NCBI GenBank assembly: GCA_032718475.1
Contig: JAUCBJ010008678.1
Location: forward strand, 57,613 to 121,612
Length of the DNA: 64,000 bases
Reading direction: 5' to 3'
Source: Nemertoderma westbladi
Lineage: Eukaryota; Animalia; Xenacoelomorpha
The translations under genes and the position numbers were made by a program. Position 1 is the stretch's first letter. Each line of letters opens with the position of its first letter. The notes below the pieces were generated by a model, which saw nothing but the letters and a program-made list of their open reading frames with translations, made no database searches and had not been told where the DNA came from. Shown here piece after piece: positions 12,227-25,150 of the stretch.

Positions 12227-15200
12227 CTACTACTACTAGGTCGAGCGAACTCGGACAGTGGAAATGAGATCCTGCCAGGCTTCCTGATTCTCCATAGTTG
12301 TCGCAATTTCGTTTCTCCCAAGTTCAGTATCCCTTTCAAGTTGATCTATATATGTTATGGCCGGTCGTCCACGACTACGCTTTCCATGAGTTGGTTGCCA
12401 GAGAAGTAGATCTGGTATGACCTCGTCTTTACTTCGCCAGCAGTGCCCACTGAATCTTAATCTGCGTTCACGGAGGGTGGTTGATACAGGTGGTATTGTA
12501 CCATAAAGCTCGGCGTTTTGTTATGTGTTGTCTCCAGCCTGATGTTTAGGGCTGCCCTTAGTAGTCTTGTGTAGCAACCATCAATTTGTTGTTCAATTGA
12601 TTTAGTCAGTGTCCAGGTCTCACCCCCGTATAAAAATACACTTTCCACTGTGGCTCGAAAGAACTTAGTCTTCAGGTGCCTGGAGAGATCTGATTTCCAG
12701 ATGGTATCCATTTTTGATAGAGCTACCGAAGCCTTTGCTTTCCTAACTTCTATGTCCTTTTTGCTACTCTCTATCCATGATCCAAGGTACTGGAAGTCAT
12801 CGACCTTCCTTAGTTGATTATTTGTTAATGGTTGTCAAGTTTCCATCAACATTAAAGGTCATGAATTCGGTTCTTTGTAGCATTTATATGCAATGGATCT
12901 TATTTACATTGTATATTGAATACACGGCGTCACTCACCCCACAACAATTCACTTATTATTATTTATATGCAATCCAACCTCCTTAGCAGGCCCTCTCCAC
13001 TTTATTTAGTAGCAGCTGTGCATCTGCTAGCGTATTAGAGAGCAGGGCGATGTCATCCGCAAAGTCGGTGTCTGTGACTGTAGTTGCCGGATATCTACTA
13101 CTTCTGCGTTCTTGAAGTGTGAATCCCAGATCTTCACCCTTTGTGGCCGTCCTCATTGCGTAATCCAGCACAATTACAAATAGTAATGGTGCTAATGTGT
13201 CACCTTGCAGTACGCCAGCCAGGATTGAGAAAAACTCAGTTTCACCATCTGGTGAGAGTACCTGCGCTTCTGTGTCACAATATAACAATCCAATGTCAGC
13301 AACAATTACTTCTGGTATTCCATAAGCTCTTAGGATTTCAAGCATTTTACCTCTATGGATGGAGTCGAATGCCTTCTTGAAGTCCACAAAAGTCATGACT
13401 GCGGGGAGATTCTTTGACTTAATTCCTTCAATCAGTCTCCGTAGTGCAAGTATCTGAGCTATTGTTGATCTACTTGGTCGAAATCCGTTTTGGCTCTTAC
13501 GCAGTAGTTTCTCTATGTGAGGCCTAATCCTATATAGAATCATTTTATTGTATATTTTGGCAGCTACCACAAGCAGACAGATCCCACGATAGTTTTGTTG
13601 GTATGCCGAGGTCTCCTTTCTTGGGGAGAGGCTTTAGTTGACCTTTAGTCCAAATTGGTGGTGGCTTTTCCCCTTTTAACATCCGGTTGCAAACATTCAT
13701 TAATGGCCTGTTTAGCACTCCGGTTTTCCATACCTCCGCTGGGATTTCATCTAATCCACTCGCTTTATTATTGGACATGCTTTTAATGCTTCTTTGGAGA
13801 TCGGCAGGTGTGAAGTCCCCTGTTTCTATAGGTAGTGTCTTGTCATATTTTCCTTGTAGGGCTGACCTCGATGTTTGGTGGCTGCCCAAGCAAGTTGCTG
13901 AAGTGATTTTTCCACTTCCCAACACGTTCTTCAGGACTATCGGCTTTGAGGCGCCCCTTTGCACAACTTTTCCGACCAGATACCTCATTTACAGTTTGCC
14001 AGGTAAATCTTGATTGTTGCTGTATGTGAGCAGTTGTAATTGCTTCAGTTTTATCCTGTATGTACTTTTCCTGGCTGATGTTGTAGGCCAATTTAAGATC
14101 GTCCTTAGCTTTCTCAACCTTGTTAATGTTTTCGGTTGTTGGTTGTTCGGTTTTAACTTTGTAGGCTATCTTAAGATCTTCTCTCTTACAAGTAACCTCA
14201 GAGTTTTGCCATGCCATGGCACATACTGTTTTCGTTTGGGTTTCTGGGGGATATGCCTCTTAGCTGATTCCTTGTGGGCTGTTATTATATTCTGGTATAT
14301 TGAATTGGTGGATTGGTCTTCATCCATTGACTGAAGTGCTTCAAAGCGGTTTTGAACTCATACTGTATAAGCATCCTTTACAGCATTCTCAGTTCTGAGT
14401 TTCTCCCAGTCATATTTGATTTGCTTGCTTGTCCTGCGTTTGCTGGCTCTCAAACTGAGTCTGATCTCTGCAGTCACAATTCTGTGGTCCGAACCAATTA
14501 GGTTGAACGAGCTGTATGCCTCGCAGTTGATCATGCTGTTTCTCCACTTTTTGTTTATAAGGATGTAATCCAGTTGTGCTTTGGTTCCATTAGGGTATTG
14601 AAAGGTCCATAGCTTCCCCTTACACTTTTCGAATGTGTTGTTTGTTGGTATCAATTCACATTCTTCCATTAGGTCTAAAAGTAAGTACCCATTTCTGTTA
14701 GAACTGGTGTTATAGGTGTAACCCTTGATGTCTTCTGGGCCAATTTGGGCATTCAGGTCACCAGCAATGACTTTAACATTGTGTTTCGGAATGTCCTTTA
14801 TAAGTCCAGTCAGTTCTTCATAAAACTTGACTGCTTGTTCTGGCTCTGAGGCATTGGTTGGACTGTAGCAACATATAACTGCTGCCTTGGGATTCCAATC
14901 AAATGTTGCGATCATAACCCTGGAATTTATAGATTCGATGTTGTTTAGGGCCTTAAGTGCAAATGGGCTTAGCAGAATTCCTACTCCACCAATTGATGCA
15001 TTGACCGAGTTTCTTACTGCTGATCTTCTTACTAACGTCCATCCATTTCCAATGTTATTGTACTTCATGGCAGTGTCTTCATGACAAATCCGATGTTCTT
15101 GGATGCAGATGATGTCGATGTTATATTCCATTGCCAGAGTGACCATGTCACCCTGTTTGGTATGTGCTTTCAGCGTGCGTGCGTTCATTGTAGCAATCTT

Positions 15201-15585
15201 TAGTGTCTTTTTACATTTCAACAGGTTGGTTCTTCTTTATCCTCTGTCTTCTGTTCTAGTAGCCAATTTATCGACCCCAGCCTGGTGTACCACTGAGGGA
15301 CGCGGTCCTTGTTGACCCGGGCGACGACGGAGCCGGTATTTCTCCTGGAGGGTTCTCATACTCATATCTTTCAGTTGCGGGAGTAAACCGCTTGTGGTCG
15401 CAACTCCTACAAGCGTTTTCTCAGCAGGTCGTCGTTGGTTGATTACCTCCCGCCGACCTTTTCAGCATCTCTAGCCGTTGGTTGATTACCTTCCGCCTAT
15501 CCATGGCCTACAGCCCTGCTGCCGACTGTAGGGGTCCATTTGTTACACCCTGAACCAAGTATGCCTCCTGGGTTAGGGTTAAGGT
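12227..15585 (-). mobile_element. Full-length but mutated RTE-type LINE (APE endonuclease plus RT) with 14-bp TSD
   Basis: APE motifs CIQEHR, GDLNAQ, QLDYIL, SDHRIV (14358-15221) and RT motifs QNGFR, FVDFKKAFDS, GVLQGDTLAP, DFADD (12983-13570). (TAG)n tail at ~12227-12239. TSD TAAGGGTTATTATA at 12213-12226 and 15586-15599. Several stops and frameshifts. Confidence 0.93.
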
Positions 15586-15829
15586 TAAGGGTTATTATAA
15601 GTAAAGCTGAGAAATCTGGGCATCTAATGCAACATAAATTATTAAAATCCGTTCAGAAAAACTCAAATGGTAGCGGTTTAGATATGATGATTCCTAAAAT
15701 AAATAACTGCTAGCAAAAATCAGAAAGTAGGCCTCAACAGGTATTTCCGAATAAACAGTTTCCAGTCCTGGTATTAATTAATATTCTAGAAGTCCATGCT
15801 TTATACTATTAAACAAATCCCTAATTGAA

Positions 15830-16050
15830 ATGCTTCAAACTTTTACCTCCCGAATTGTAAATACTTTGAAACTTATACTTTATTTTTTAACGGTATAAAA
15901 ACCATGCCTAATGAGGTAAAAAACCTAGATAATCAAAATTACTTTAATTATTTTGCCACGCTCTCTGTAAAGTTGTACGTAGTGTAATTGCGTTTTATAT
16001 TTGTTTTAGGTTAGCGTAGTAATTGTGATTGTGTAATATTGTTTATTGTT
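15830..16050 (+). mobile_element. Degenerate 3' fragment of the CR1/L2-group LINE found at 17.6-21.5 kb
   Basis: TGCTTCAAACTT.TACCTCCCGAATTGTAAA..CCTAGATAATCAA matches ~21005-21120, and CACGCTCTC.GTAAAGTTGTAC..GTTTTAGGTTAGCGTAGT matches ~21290-21360. Confidence 0.75.
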
Positions 16051-16239
16051 AATTTTCGCATATTGCTACGGAAATTAGCTAAAATTATAATCGTATAATT
16101 TTAAATAAATGTTCTATAAATGTTGTATAATACCATTTTTTCCTATTTTTTCCTTCTAGAAAATATATGTTGCAGTATATAATTGTATGTATTATCCTAT
16201 GGTACAGCAATATACCAAACTTGCTACGGTTTCTTTCAC

Positions 16240-17210
16240 ATGTACCTTCGTTCTGGGATAAGGACGCCCTTGGTCCTGGATTAAGGACCCATATACTTGG
16301 CTGCAGGGGTATATGGCCTGGCCAGGCAGATGGTGATCTACCAATGGCTGGTCGGGAGTAGAGTGTTCTCATGTCCACTCTGAGTGCACTTCACTGCGAC
16401 CTGCACCTGGCAGCAGGGGTACAGGGTATGACCCAGCAGACGAGCTGCACAGCCAATGATGGGTCATGTGCGCCAGAGTAGATATGGGTGATGGGCCTCA
16501 TATCTGACTCCACTGCGACACCCACCCTGTGGAATGGCAAACCAGGGTGTGTTATTTGCCCCGAGAGCTGACTCGGCAAAAAAGCACCCCCCAACCCCCA
16601 CTATGGATTACATTAGTAATGCGGAGGTCCAGCCACTAGAGGCCAGTGGAATGACTGGACACAATCGGCCTCACAGGCTTCAGTTATCTCCTGACCGGCT
16701 GCCTGTCTCACCCCCTACTGGAGAGAGAGCGGCAAACAATTCTTTGAGTCCCTTTCCTGGTGACCTTTCTGGCCCAAACCATGGGTCACCAGGGAGGCCA
16801 GATTGTGAGGGGAGAGGGATTCTGGAGTTGGAGGCTACTCTCATGTTCCACCCCGACCAACAAAGCCATTGGTGAATCTGAGGCAAGTCACTAAACTAGC
16901 CTCAGTAAACACCCTAACACTCGGGTCCCCAATGCGACAAGGTGAGCTGACTGCCTTGGCCGATAAGCTTTCTCTTAGCGCAGTGGGTGTTCAAGAGCAC
17001 CGAATGCAGACTGGACAGACTGATGAGGTTCTGATTAAGGACATGGGGGGCGGTTGGCAACTCGCCCTCGCTTCAGCAGATGATAGTGGCAATGATGAAA
17101 TTGGTCTATTGATGAATCCAACTGCACATGCAGCATTGGACAAAATAGACCAAATCTCTAACCGCATCATCCGTTGCCACTTCTCATGTTCTGGAAGACT
17201 GGCTAAGAAG
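16240..17210 (+). mobile_element. 5' portion (UTR plus N-terminal APE endonuclease) of a second RTE-type LINE
   Basis: GC-richer leader with several hairpins, then KLASVNTLTL..VGVQEHRM..GWQL..IGLLMNP..ISNRIIRCHF, homologous to the APE of the 12-15 kb element. It breaks off at ~17210. Confidence 0.75.
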
Positions 17211-17599
17211 TTTCTGTTACTGCCAGCTAGGCAGTACTTAGGAATTTGAACTTGGCACCTATATATATATTAGAGCTAATTTAATCGTTGCTCTTAGTAG
17301 GATATTGTTTTTTGATGCATGTGTGCCTGTGATTGCTGTGATACAGCTGTAGCTTTGCATTTTGGCTGATTTTGTTATTACAATTAATAGTTTATTGTTT
17401 TTGCCTATAATAGTTTAAGCTACAGTAACATTAGTACGATCATTCAAATTCGTTTATTAGTTTTTTACTCAGTCAGTTTTGTAGTTATATTGTTTTATTG
17501 CTATAATACAATTTGCTTGAACACGTTAAGTATTTATTAGCCGCAAATGTTTAGTTTTTCGTTGTGTCAATTAGTTTTAAAGTTATACATAGCCATTCA

Positions 17600-20500
17600 T
17601 TGGTTCCTCCGGCCTCCAAGGCCTGCTGACAATAAGACCAAGAAAGATACCGGTACTAGGCCTATACAGTTTTTATCCCTGAGTCAGACTACAGCCAGAC
17701 AGCACAATGTCCCCGCTCTTAATCTCCACAGTTTTCATCGTTCTGGGTCGTTTCGTTGTGGCAGAACCATCCAATCCGCGGGGTAACCCTGCAACCCACC
17801 CAATACCCGTATTGGACTGGTTTGCGGAACACCATGTCGCTACCGTTTCGAACTGCCGCGCCGAATCGACGGAGATGTGGTCGACGAGTGGATTTAGCCT
17901 CTACTGCTCTCGTCGGGGAAGAAGATCTTGGGTCTCCTCTCCACGATCTAGAGGCCTAATCGCTAAACTCTGTCTACTGTCTCTGGCTGGGGATATTGAG
18001 ACCAACCCAGGACCCAGCAGGACGCGGGCCCCGAAGATCAACTGTCCCGTCTGTCAACGAGGAACAAACTCTCGGAGTAAGATCGTCCAATGCGAGAGTT
18101 GTGACACATTTGTACATTTAAAATGTTACCGTAGGAAACGCAGTAATTTATTCTCCACCAGAAACAATCTTGAACCAAGTTTTCTCTGCAATAGCTGTAT
18201 TTTTACCGAACTTCCCTTTCATGATACAATTTTAGAATCAGAAACCGATGATTCATTTCTCACATCGCCTCTGCAAACTCCAAGTGATGCTGAGAGTGAA
18301 ACTTTTAATTTTTTAAAGAAAAAAGGTCTGCATTTTTTGCACTTAAACGCACGATCTCTGCTTCCAAAACTTTCCGAAATTCGTATTTTAATCAATAAAT
18401 CCAACCCAGCAGTTTTAACAATCTCTGAAACTTGGCTCGATGATAGTGTTTCTGATGGAGAAATTTATATTGATAATTACGTAGTTTTACGTAAGGATAG
18501 GGACAGACACGGTGGTGGTGTCTGTACTTACATTCGATGTGATTTAGCTTTTAATCGTAGGGAAGATTTAGAGACTTGTGACGAAGTTTTACTGGTGGAA
18601 CTTTTACTTCCTTAAACTAAACCTATTTTAATCGGTACTTTATATCGGCCCCCTAAACAATCAGATTTTTTGCAAAATTTTGAAAATACAATTTTATGTA
18701 ATCTTAGGTCAGACTGTGAAATATATTTCTTAGGTGATTTTAATATCTGTTACCATCACAAAGCATCCCCCATCTGTAAACAGTACCAAAGTATTTTAAA
18801 TTTGTTTGGTTTAAAACAAATTATTCGAGATTCTACCAGAATTACCAGTAAAACTTCTACTTTACTAGATCACATCCTTTGTAATAATACCGATATTATT
18901 TCTCAATCTGGGGTTTTACCTATAGGTCTAAGCGATCATTTTATAGTTTTTTGCACAAGAAAGACACAAAAATCTTTTTTCGGGGATCATAAAACAGTAA
19001 CAGTTAGGTCTATGAAAAATTACAGCAAGGAACGCTTTTTAAGTTTGTTAGTTAATTCTGACTGGGAACCCTGTTTTAAGGCCGCTGACATTAACCTTGC
19101 GTACACTGTTTTTAAAGATATATTTTTAAAGGCACTTAATACTGTAGCACCAATTAAAGAAATTAGTCTTAAACAACGCACTGAGCCCTGGATGACCTCG
19201 GGTATTCTTAGTAATATCAGAGAAAGAGATAACTATTTGTATAAATTTAGGAAATACCGTGTTTTAGCTGATTATAATAATTACTGCAAATATAGAAACC
19301 TTGTCCAACGGGAAATAAAAAAAGCTAAATCTGAATATTTGTACAACAAAATAAGTGAGAATAAAGATAATCCAAAAAGTCTATGGTCTACCATAAAATC
19401 TTTAGGTTATAAAAACCTTAAATCTAAATCGAATATTGTTCTGCAAGATAACGGTGAGCTGATTCATGATCATACTCTAGTTAGTAATTTATTTAATAAT
19501 TATTTTACTAATGTTGCCTCTAATTTAGTTAAGAAATTACCGTTATCAAGTAATAAATATAGTATAGGGTCCGAAACTCTAAAAAATTTTTATTTAGAAA
19601 AGTTACAAAATTCAGAAAAGTTATTTTTAAAACCCGTTTCTGAGGATTTCGTTTTTAAAAATCTACTTAGCCTATCAGCCTCAAAAAGTACCGGTCTAGA
19701 CCTAATACCTGCCCGTTTTCTTAAGGATGGTGCTGAAGTACTTAAAGTGCCTATTACTTTTATTATTAATTACTCTATCGTAGATAATGTAGTACCAGAC
19801 GAACTGAAATTAGCTAAGGTTGTTCCTCTGTATAAAAAGAATAGTAAAGTACAACCCTGTAATTACAGACCTGTTAGTATCTTAAGTATTGTATCTAAAA
19901 TTCTAGAACGTTCTGTTTTTCTACAGCTGGAGGCACATCTTAGTAGGCTAAATCTGATCTATGAACTTCAGTCCGGTTTTCGTAAATCATATTCTACAGA
20001 CACCTGCCTTATTAACTTAACTGATACAATTAGATGTAATAACGCAAAGGGTTTATATACTGGTATGGTAATGTTGGACCTACAAAAGGCTTTCGATACT
20101 GTAGATCACGAAATTCTGCTTGGTAAGTTAGGCCTGATGGGTGTAGGTTCTATAGACTGGTTCAAGTCCTACCTGTCAGACAGAGGTCAAACTGTAGTCA
20201 TTAGCAAATCGCTGTCTACTGTACAAGAGATTACCTGTGGTGTACCGCAAGGTAGTATATTAGGTCCTCTGCTTTTTGTATGCTATGTAAATGATATGAT
20301 AAGTAGTATAAATCCCGATTTTAAACTGATTTTATATGCCGACGACAGTGCTCTTATTTTCTCTCATAAAGATCCTATCCATATTTCCCAAAAGTTAAGT
20401 GCAGTTCTAGAATCCTGTAATGAGTGGTTGGTTGATAATAAGCTATCCATTCACATAAAACTGAAAGTATTTTGTTTGGTTCCAAAAGAAAGTTAAAGAA

Positions 20501-21530
20501 GGTAACTAAGTTTGAAGTCACTAGTAATGGACATAAGATTGAAAATAAAAAGGAAGTTAAATATTTAGGCGCCACATTGGATAACTGCTTATCAGGAGAA
20601 AGTACAGTGAAAAATATTTTCTCGAAAGTTAACAGTAGGCTTAGGTTTCTATACAGAAATAAAAATAGTTTGAACACCGACTCCCGCAAGTTACTTTGCT
20701 CTTCTTTAATACAGTGTCACATGGACTATGCGTGCTCTTCTTGGTATGAAGGCTTAACCAAACAGCTTAAATGTAAATTACAAGTAGCTCAGAATAAAGT
20801 AGTACGATTTATTAAAGACTACAAACCTAGGCACCACCTAACTCCAGATGACTTTTCTTAATCTGGACTACTTAACTTAGATAGTAGAGTTAAGCAGCTA
20901 CGCCTTAACCATGTGCATAAAGTGTATAATGGTAAATGTCCCAATTACCTAAAACAAAAATTCAACAGAGTACGCGATACACACTCTTACAGTACCAGAG
21001 CTAGTGCTTCAAACTTCTACCTCCCGAATTGTAAATCCTTTGAATCTGATACTTTCTTTTTTAACGGCATAAAAAATTGGAACGCTCTGCCTAATGAAAT
21101 TAAAAACCTAGATAATCAACATTCTTTTAAATCTGCAGTTAAATCTCATCTCCGTGTGCAATGTAAAAATAGGTACAATAGTCCTACAGTAAGTTATTAG
21201 TTTATTAATTATTTACTATTTATACTGTAATTACGTTTTATAATAAATTGTTCTGTACATTACATCTTTATCGTTGAGTCGGGCATTGTCACGCTCTCGG
21301 TAAAGTTGTACATGTACATAGTGTAATTACGTTTTATATTGGTTTTAGGTTAGCGTAGTGTAATATTGTATTTGTAACCAAGTAACATAAAGGACCCCCT
21401 TGGAAATAAGCTGCAAAGCTTTAGGGGTAATCCTATATGTTATGTTGGACAATACCTTTATACCGGTACATTGTTTGGTGTATTTGTTATTGTTTTTAAA
21501 TAATGTATAAATAAATCTATCTATCTATTC
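17600..21530 (+). mobile_element. CR1/L2-group LINE ORF2 (2A-like motif, PHD-like finger, APE, RT), lightly mutated
   Basis: PHD-like CPVC..CESC..H.KC..CNSC; APE HLNARSL, SETWL, GDFN, LDHI, SDH; [33 protein letters not shown]. Stops at 18613 and 20859 and a frameshift at ~20460. 3' stem-loop at ~21390-21435 and (TCTA)n tail at ~21516-21528. The 5' boundary is approximate. Confidence 0.92.
17989..18015 (+). other. 2A-like (StopGo) ribosome-skipping motif GDIETNPGP
   Basis: LLSLAGDIETNPGP in ORF 17707-18615 matches D(V/I)ExNPGP exactly and lies immediately upstream of the PHD/APE domains. Confidence 0.85.
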
Positions 21531-21861
21531 TAGTTATATATTGTAGATTTATGTAGTATCATTATTGATTATCTTGGATTTGAATATCTCGATATATTTG
21601 ATGTGGAGACAAGGTATGTATTTAAACTTATTAGCAGATCCGTATATATATTATATATAATGTAATAAATAATGTTACTCGTACTACTAGTTCTATATTT
21701 AGATGAAAGACTTAAATATATATAAGTATTAAAATATTTGTCATCGTATCTATTCAGCCTATACTGTACATTTCAATCGTGGTTTATTTTAACGTTTTGT
21801 AATCAATAATTAATTAATTATTAGTAATAATTAATGTAAACGTTTTGCTATTTTATCAACT

Positions 21862-24120
21862 CAGGTATGTCCATATTGTAAAGGGGAGCATAGCATGTTA
21901 GACTGCAAACCTTTTGGGGACATTGATTTAGGTAAACGGCAAGAGTATATTGTTCTTAGCAGAAGTATTTGTTGTGGATGTCTTGAGGAAGGACACAGAT
22001 CATCAGGATGTTTGAATAGGGCTACTTGCAACATTTGTGAAAAGCGACATCCAACCATTTTACACGATTTTAAGAAGAAATCTAATAAGACAGTAATGAG
22101 TAAGTATTTATCAAATGATGTTAAGGTTTCATGTTCGAGTTCTACTCCAGACAAATTTGTTTCAGCTTCTAGTTTCAGGAAGAAGACTGTTTCTGAACTG
22201 TTTCTGAGCTGTTTCAGCTACTGCAAGAAGAAAAGGTTGCAACACGTTCATCTAGTCTAGTCCTTCCTGTATATTTATGTAATGCAAATGAGAATTTTGA
22301 ACCTATTCTTACATATGCCTTATTAGATGAAGCTAGTAGCGGGTGTTTCATAAAGTCAAAGTTAATGCACCAACTTGAGTTACCCCGCGTTAAGACTACA
22401 TTAAAGTTATCAACAATGCATAATGTTTCGTGTATTTCTGCATATAAAGTTTGGAATGCTGTAGTGAAGGATTTAGCTATGGAAGAAATTGTCTCATTGC
22501 CAATAAATACATTCTCTCGGGAGACTATCCCAGCTGACAAGGATGATATTCCCAGACCAGAGCATGCCTTGAAGTGGGGACATTTAGAACGAATAGCCGA
22601 CAAAATAATGCCATACCGAGGTGATATTGAAGTTGGGTTGTTGATTGGTAATAACTGCCCAAAGGCTATACGACCTAGAGAAGTACTAGCTGGTGGTGAC
22701 AATGAACCTTATGCATTGCGGACATTGCTTGGTTGGGGAATAATAGGTCCTGTTCGTCATAGTAATGTATATTATAATATGTTGTGTTGCCACACCCAAG
22801 TTAATGAAATACTTACCCCTGAGCTGATACAAGGTATTCTAGAATATGTACGGTCTCAAAGTCTATTAGTAAGTCATCACTATCTATAGAAGATAACAAG
22901 TTTTTGAAAATTGTTAGTAATGGGTGTCGCCATTGTGATGATGGTCATTACGATATCCCATTGCCATTTCGTGATAATGCCATTTTTCCAAACAATGTTG
23001 TCATGGCAGAAAAGAGATTAGCGCAGCTATGAAATCGTTTGATATCCAATCAAATGTTCAGAATGGATTACATTAGAGTTGAAACAGAGACTTGTCACTG
23101 ATCTCTGTTCTCTGGATTCTCCGGGCTATTTTTTGGTCTCCGGATATGTCTCTGGTTCCCGGGTATTGAAAACAGACATTTTACCCAGAGATCAGTGATT
23201 TGACAAATTAGAAATATATTTTTAAAAATAGATCCTGTACAACACAAAATGTGAAATGAAGATAATTTTTCACAAATTTTTTACAATTAATTATTTCTTT
23301 AATTTTTAACTATTTTTCATACACCACTTCAACACAATTATATTCACTTTTACACTATTTCTAATAAATGTACCGATAATCTTCTATTTAATTAATTTAA
23401 GGTGCGTTAAATTTTAAGTTAAATTAGCACCTAAACATGGTTCTTATTTAAGGATAAGGGCGCTTAATTTGGGCACTCATAATGTTTAAAAGTGAAAGAA
23501 AGGGCTGATCTCCATTCAATTTGTTATAGGATAGATAATATGATGACCAAATGGAAAGAACGAGCGTAATGGTGACGAGGCTTGTAAATGAGGCGAGTAG
23601 AGCACTATACCTGTGCACTAAGTATTCGTAAATGACTAAGTTTATAGTATATTGAAATATGATTTGAACAATTGTAAAATAAGTGCCTTTAATTAACAAA
23701 GTACCGGTACCTATGGCGCAAAACAAATTTATGTAACATAATATTAACAATAAAACAAAATAAGAACGAATTAATAAACAAATAACCAAATTAATATTAA
23801 TTAATTCCCCCAAACTGTACGTGCGCTTATTTTCTTACAGTGCTATGTGCTATAGGGGAGTAATCAAATTGTAAGTACAAAAATAAGCAAAGTCTCTTAT
23901 CTCTGGCTCTGGTCTCCGGTATTTTTCAAAATAATTCTCCGGGTAGGGCTCTGGTTCACCGGGATTAAGAAAAACAGGTCTCTGTTTCAACTCTAGATTA
24001 CATTAAATTTATGAATAACAATATTGACAAAGGTTATGTGGAAAGGGTGACTGATATAAAGCCTAATGAAGGAAGGACCTGGTACATACCTCACCATGGT
24101 GTATATCATCCAAAGAAAAA
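21862..24120 (+). mobile_element. BEL/Pao LTR retrotransposon relic (gag zinc knuckles, protease, start of RT)
   Basis: Three knuckles CPYCKGEH..C, CCGCLEEGH..C, CNICEKRHPTILH; YALLDE; LIGNNCP..YALRTLLGWGIIG; YDIPLPFR..NN..AEKRL; after the MITE, DYIKFM..KGYVE..WYIPHHGVYHPKK. Confidence 0.88.
23074..23995. mobile_element. Non-autonomous hAT-type DNA transposon (MITE), 922 bp
   Basis: TIR TAGAGTTGAAACAGAGAC(T/C)TG at both ends and 8-bp TSD GATTACAT (23066-23073, 23996-24003). The BEL reading frame rejoins across the insertion. Confidence 0.92.
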
Positions 24121-24130
24121 TAAGTAAAAT

Positions 24131-24238
24131 GGTACTCATTTTATCTACCCCAGTGGATGAAAGGCTGAGTGGACCCTGGCGGGGCTGAACCTACAACCAA
24201 AGATTGCAGGCCCGGCGCTCAACCAACTGAGCTACCCC
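24131..24238 (-). mobile_element. Short tRNA-derived SINE fragment (second family)
   Basis: Minus strand GGGGTAGCTCAGTTGG (A-box), GGTTCAGCCC (B-box-like), then CACTCAGCCTTTCATCC..GGGGTAGATAAAATGAGTACC. Confidence 0.75.
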
Positions 24239-24984
24239 GCTTATTCTCGCTTATTATCGCTTATATTCATGACTCTCTGTATAAAACAACCTTTTTCTCA
24301 GTTTGCCGAATTTGACATTTTCCATCACTAATTTCTCTACCACTTTTTTTATTTTTCACTCAATTTTTATCAAACATACCAAAATGTTCAGCATCTAGGG
24401 CTACAATCGTGTGTATTGGTTTTGTAAAATATGTCCATTTAGATGTTCTATGATCCATTATGTAACTGCTCCTCTTTGTCTACCTCAAAATATATGGTGC
24501 CCGAAATAAAGCCTGAACATACCAAGGACTTCTAGAACATAGTATATATTCAGGACGCGATGCTCGCATATAGTGTTAATTTTATTAGAGGCCGGTTTTT
24601 TCTATTCAGTGTAGGCCTAATTACTTTAATTTACAGTCTCAATTTCCTTTCAACGTTTTTAATGTTTTTAATTTGTATTGAGAAACAACCTAATGTACTG
24701 TACTTTCTTTTAATGTAAATATTTTACGACAATTTGCTAGCGATAATTTATTAGTACAAAATAACTAACTGTTGAAAGATATTTGAAATAACCTTTGAAA
24801 TAATAAGTTGTGTGAAATAACTGACTGCATCTACCACTGAAACCGAACTCCTAATTAAATATACGAGCCACAATATTTCGAAATATGTATAATCTGGAGG
24901 CGGTTTATATACGTTTATCCCAGAGTGTAGTTAGACTTTTTAGACTTATTATTGTTTACTGAAAATTTACTGTTTATTTACTGA

Positions 24985-25052
24985 GAATAAGTCAAAGAAC
25001 TTTGTGCGCAATCTAATCCCTGGCCTAACGGCTGAAAAACATTACATTTTAC
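24985..25052 (+). mobile_element. 3' tail fragment of the SINE family at 10.5 kb
   Basis: AATAAGTC..ACTTTGTGCG..TAATCCCTGGCCTAACGGCTGAAAAA matches the 3' end of that SINE in the opposite orientation. Confidence 0.6.
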
Positions 25053-25150
25053 TTAATTTTTATTCACAATAAGTGTTCATTTTCGATAACACATTTAGCT
25101 ACAGTAAGCTCTTATTCAACAGTCTCGTCTAATTTATGTTTATTGCAGCC

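Noticed and set aside
23448-23813. Hydrophobic 121-aa ORF as cargo of the MITE
   Set aside because: AT-rich compositional ORF with no recognisable motif.
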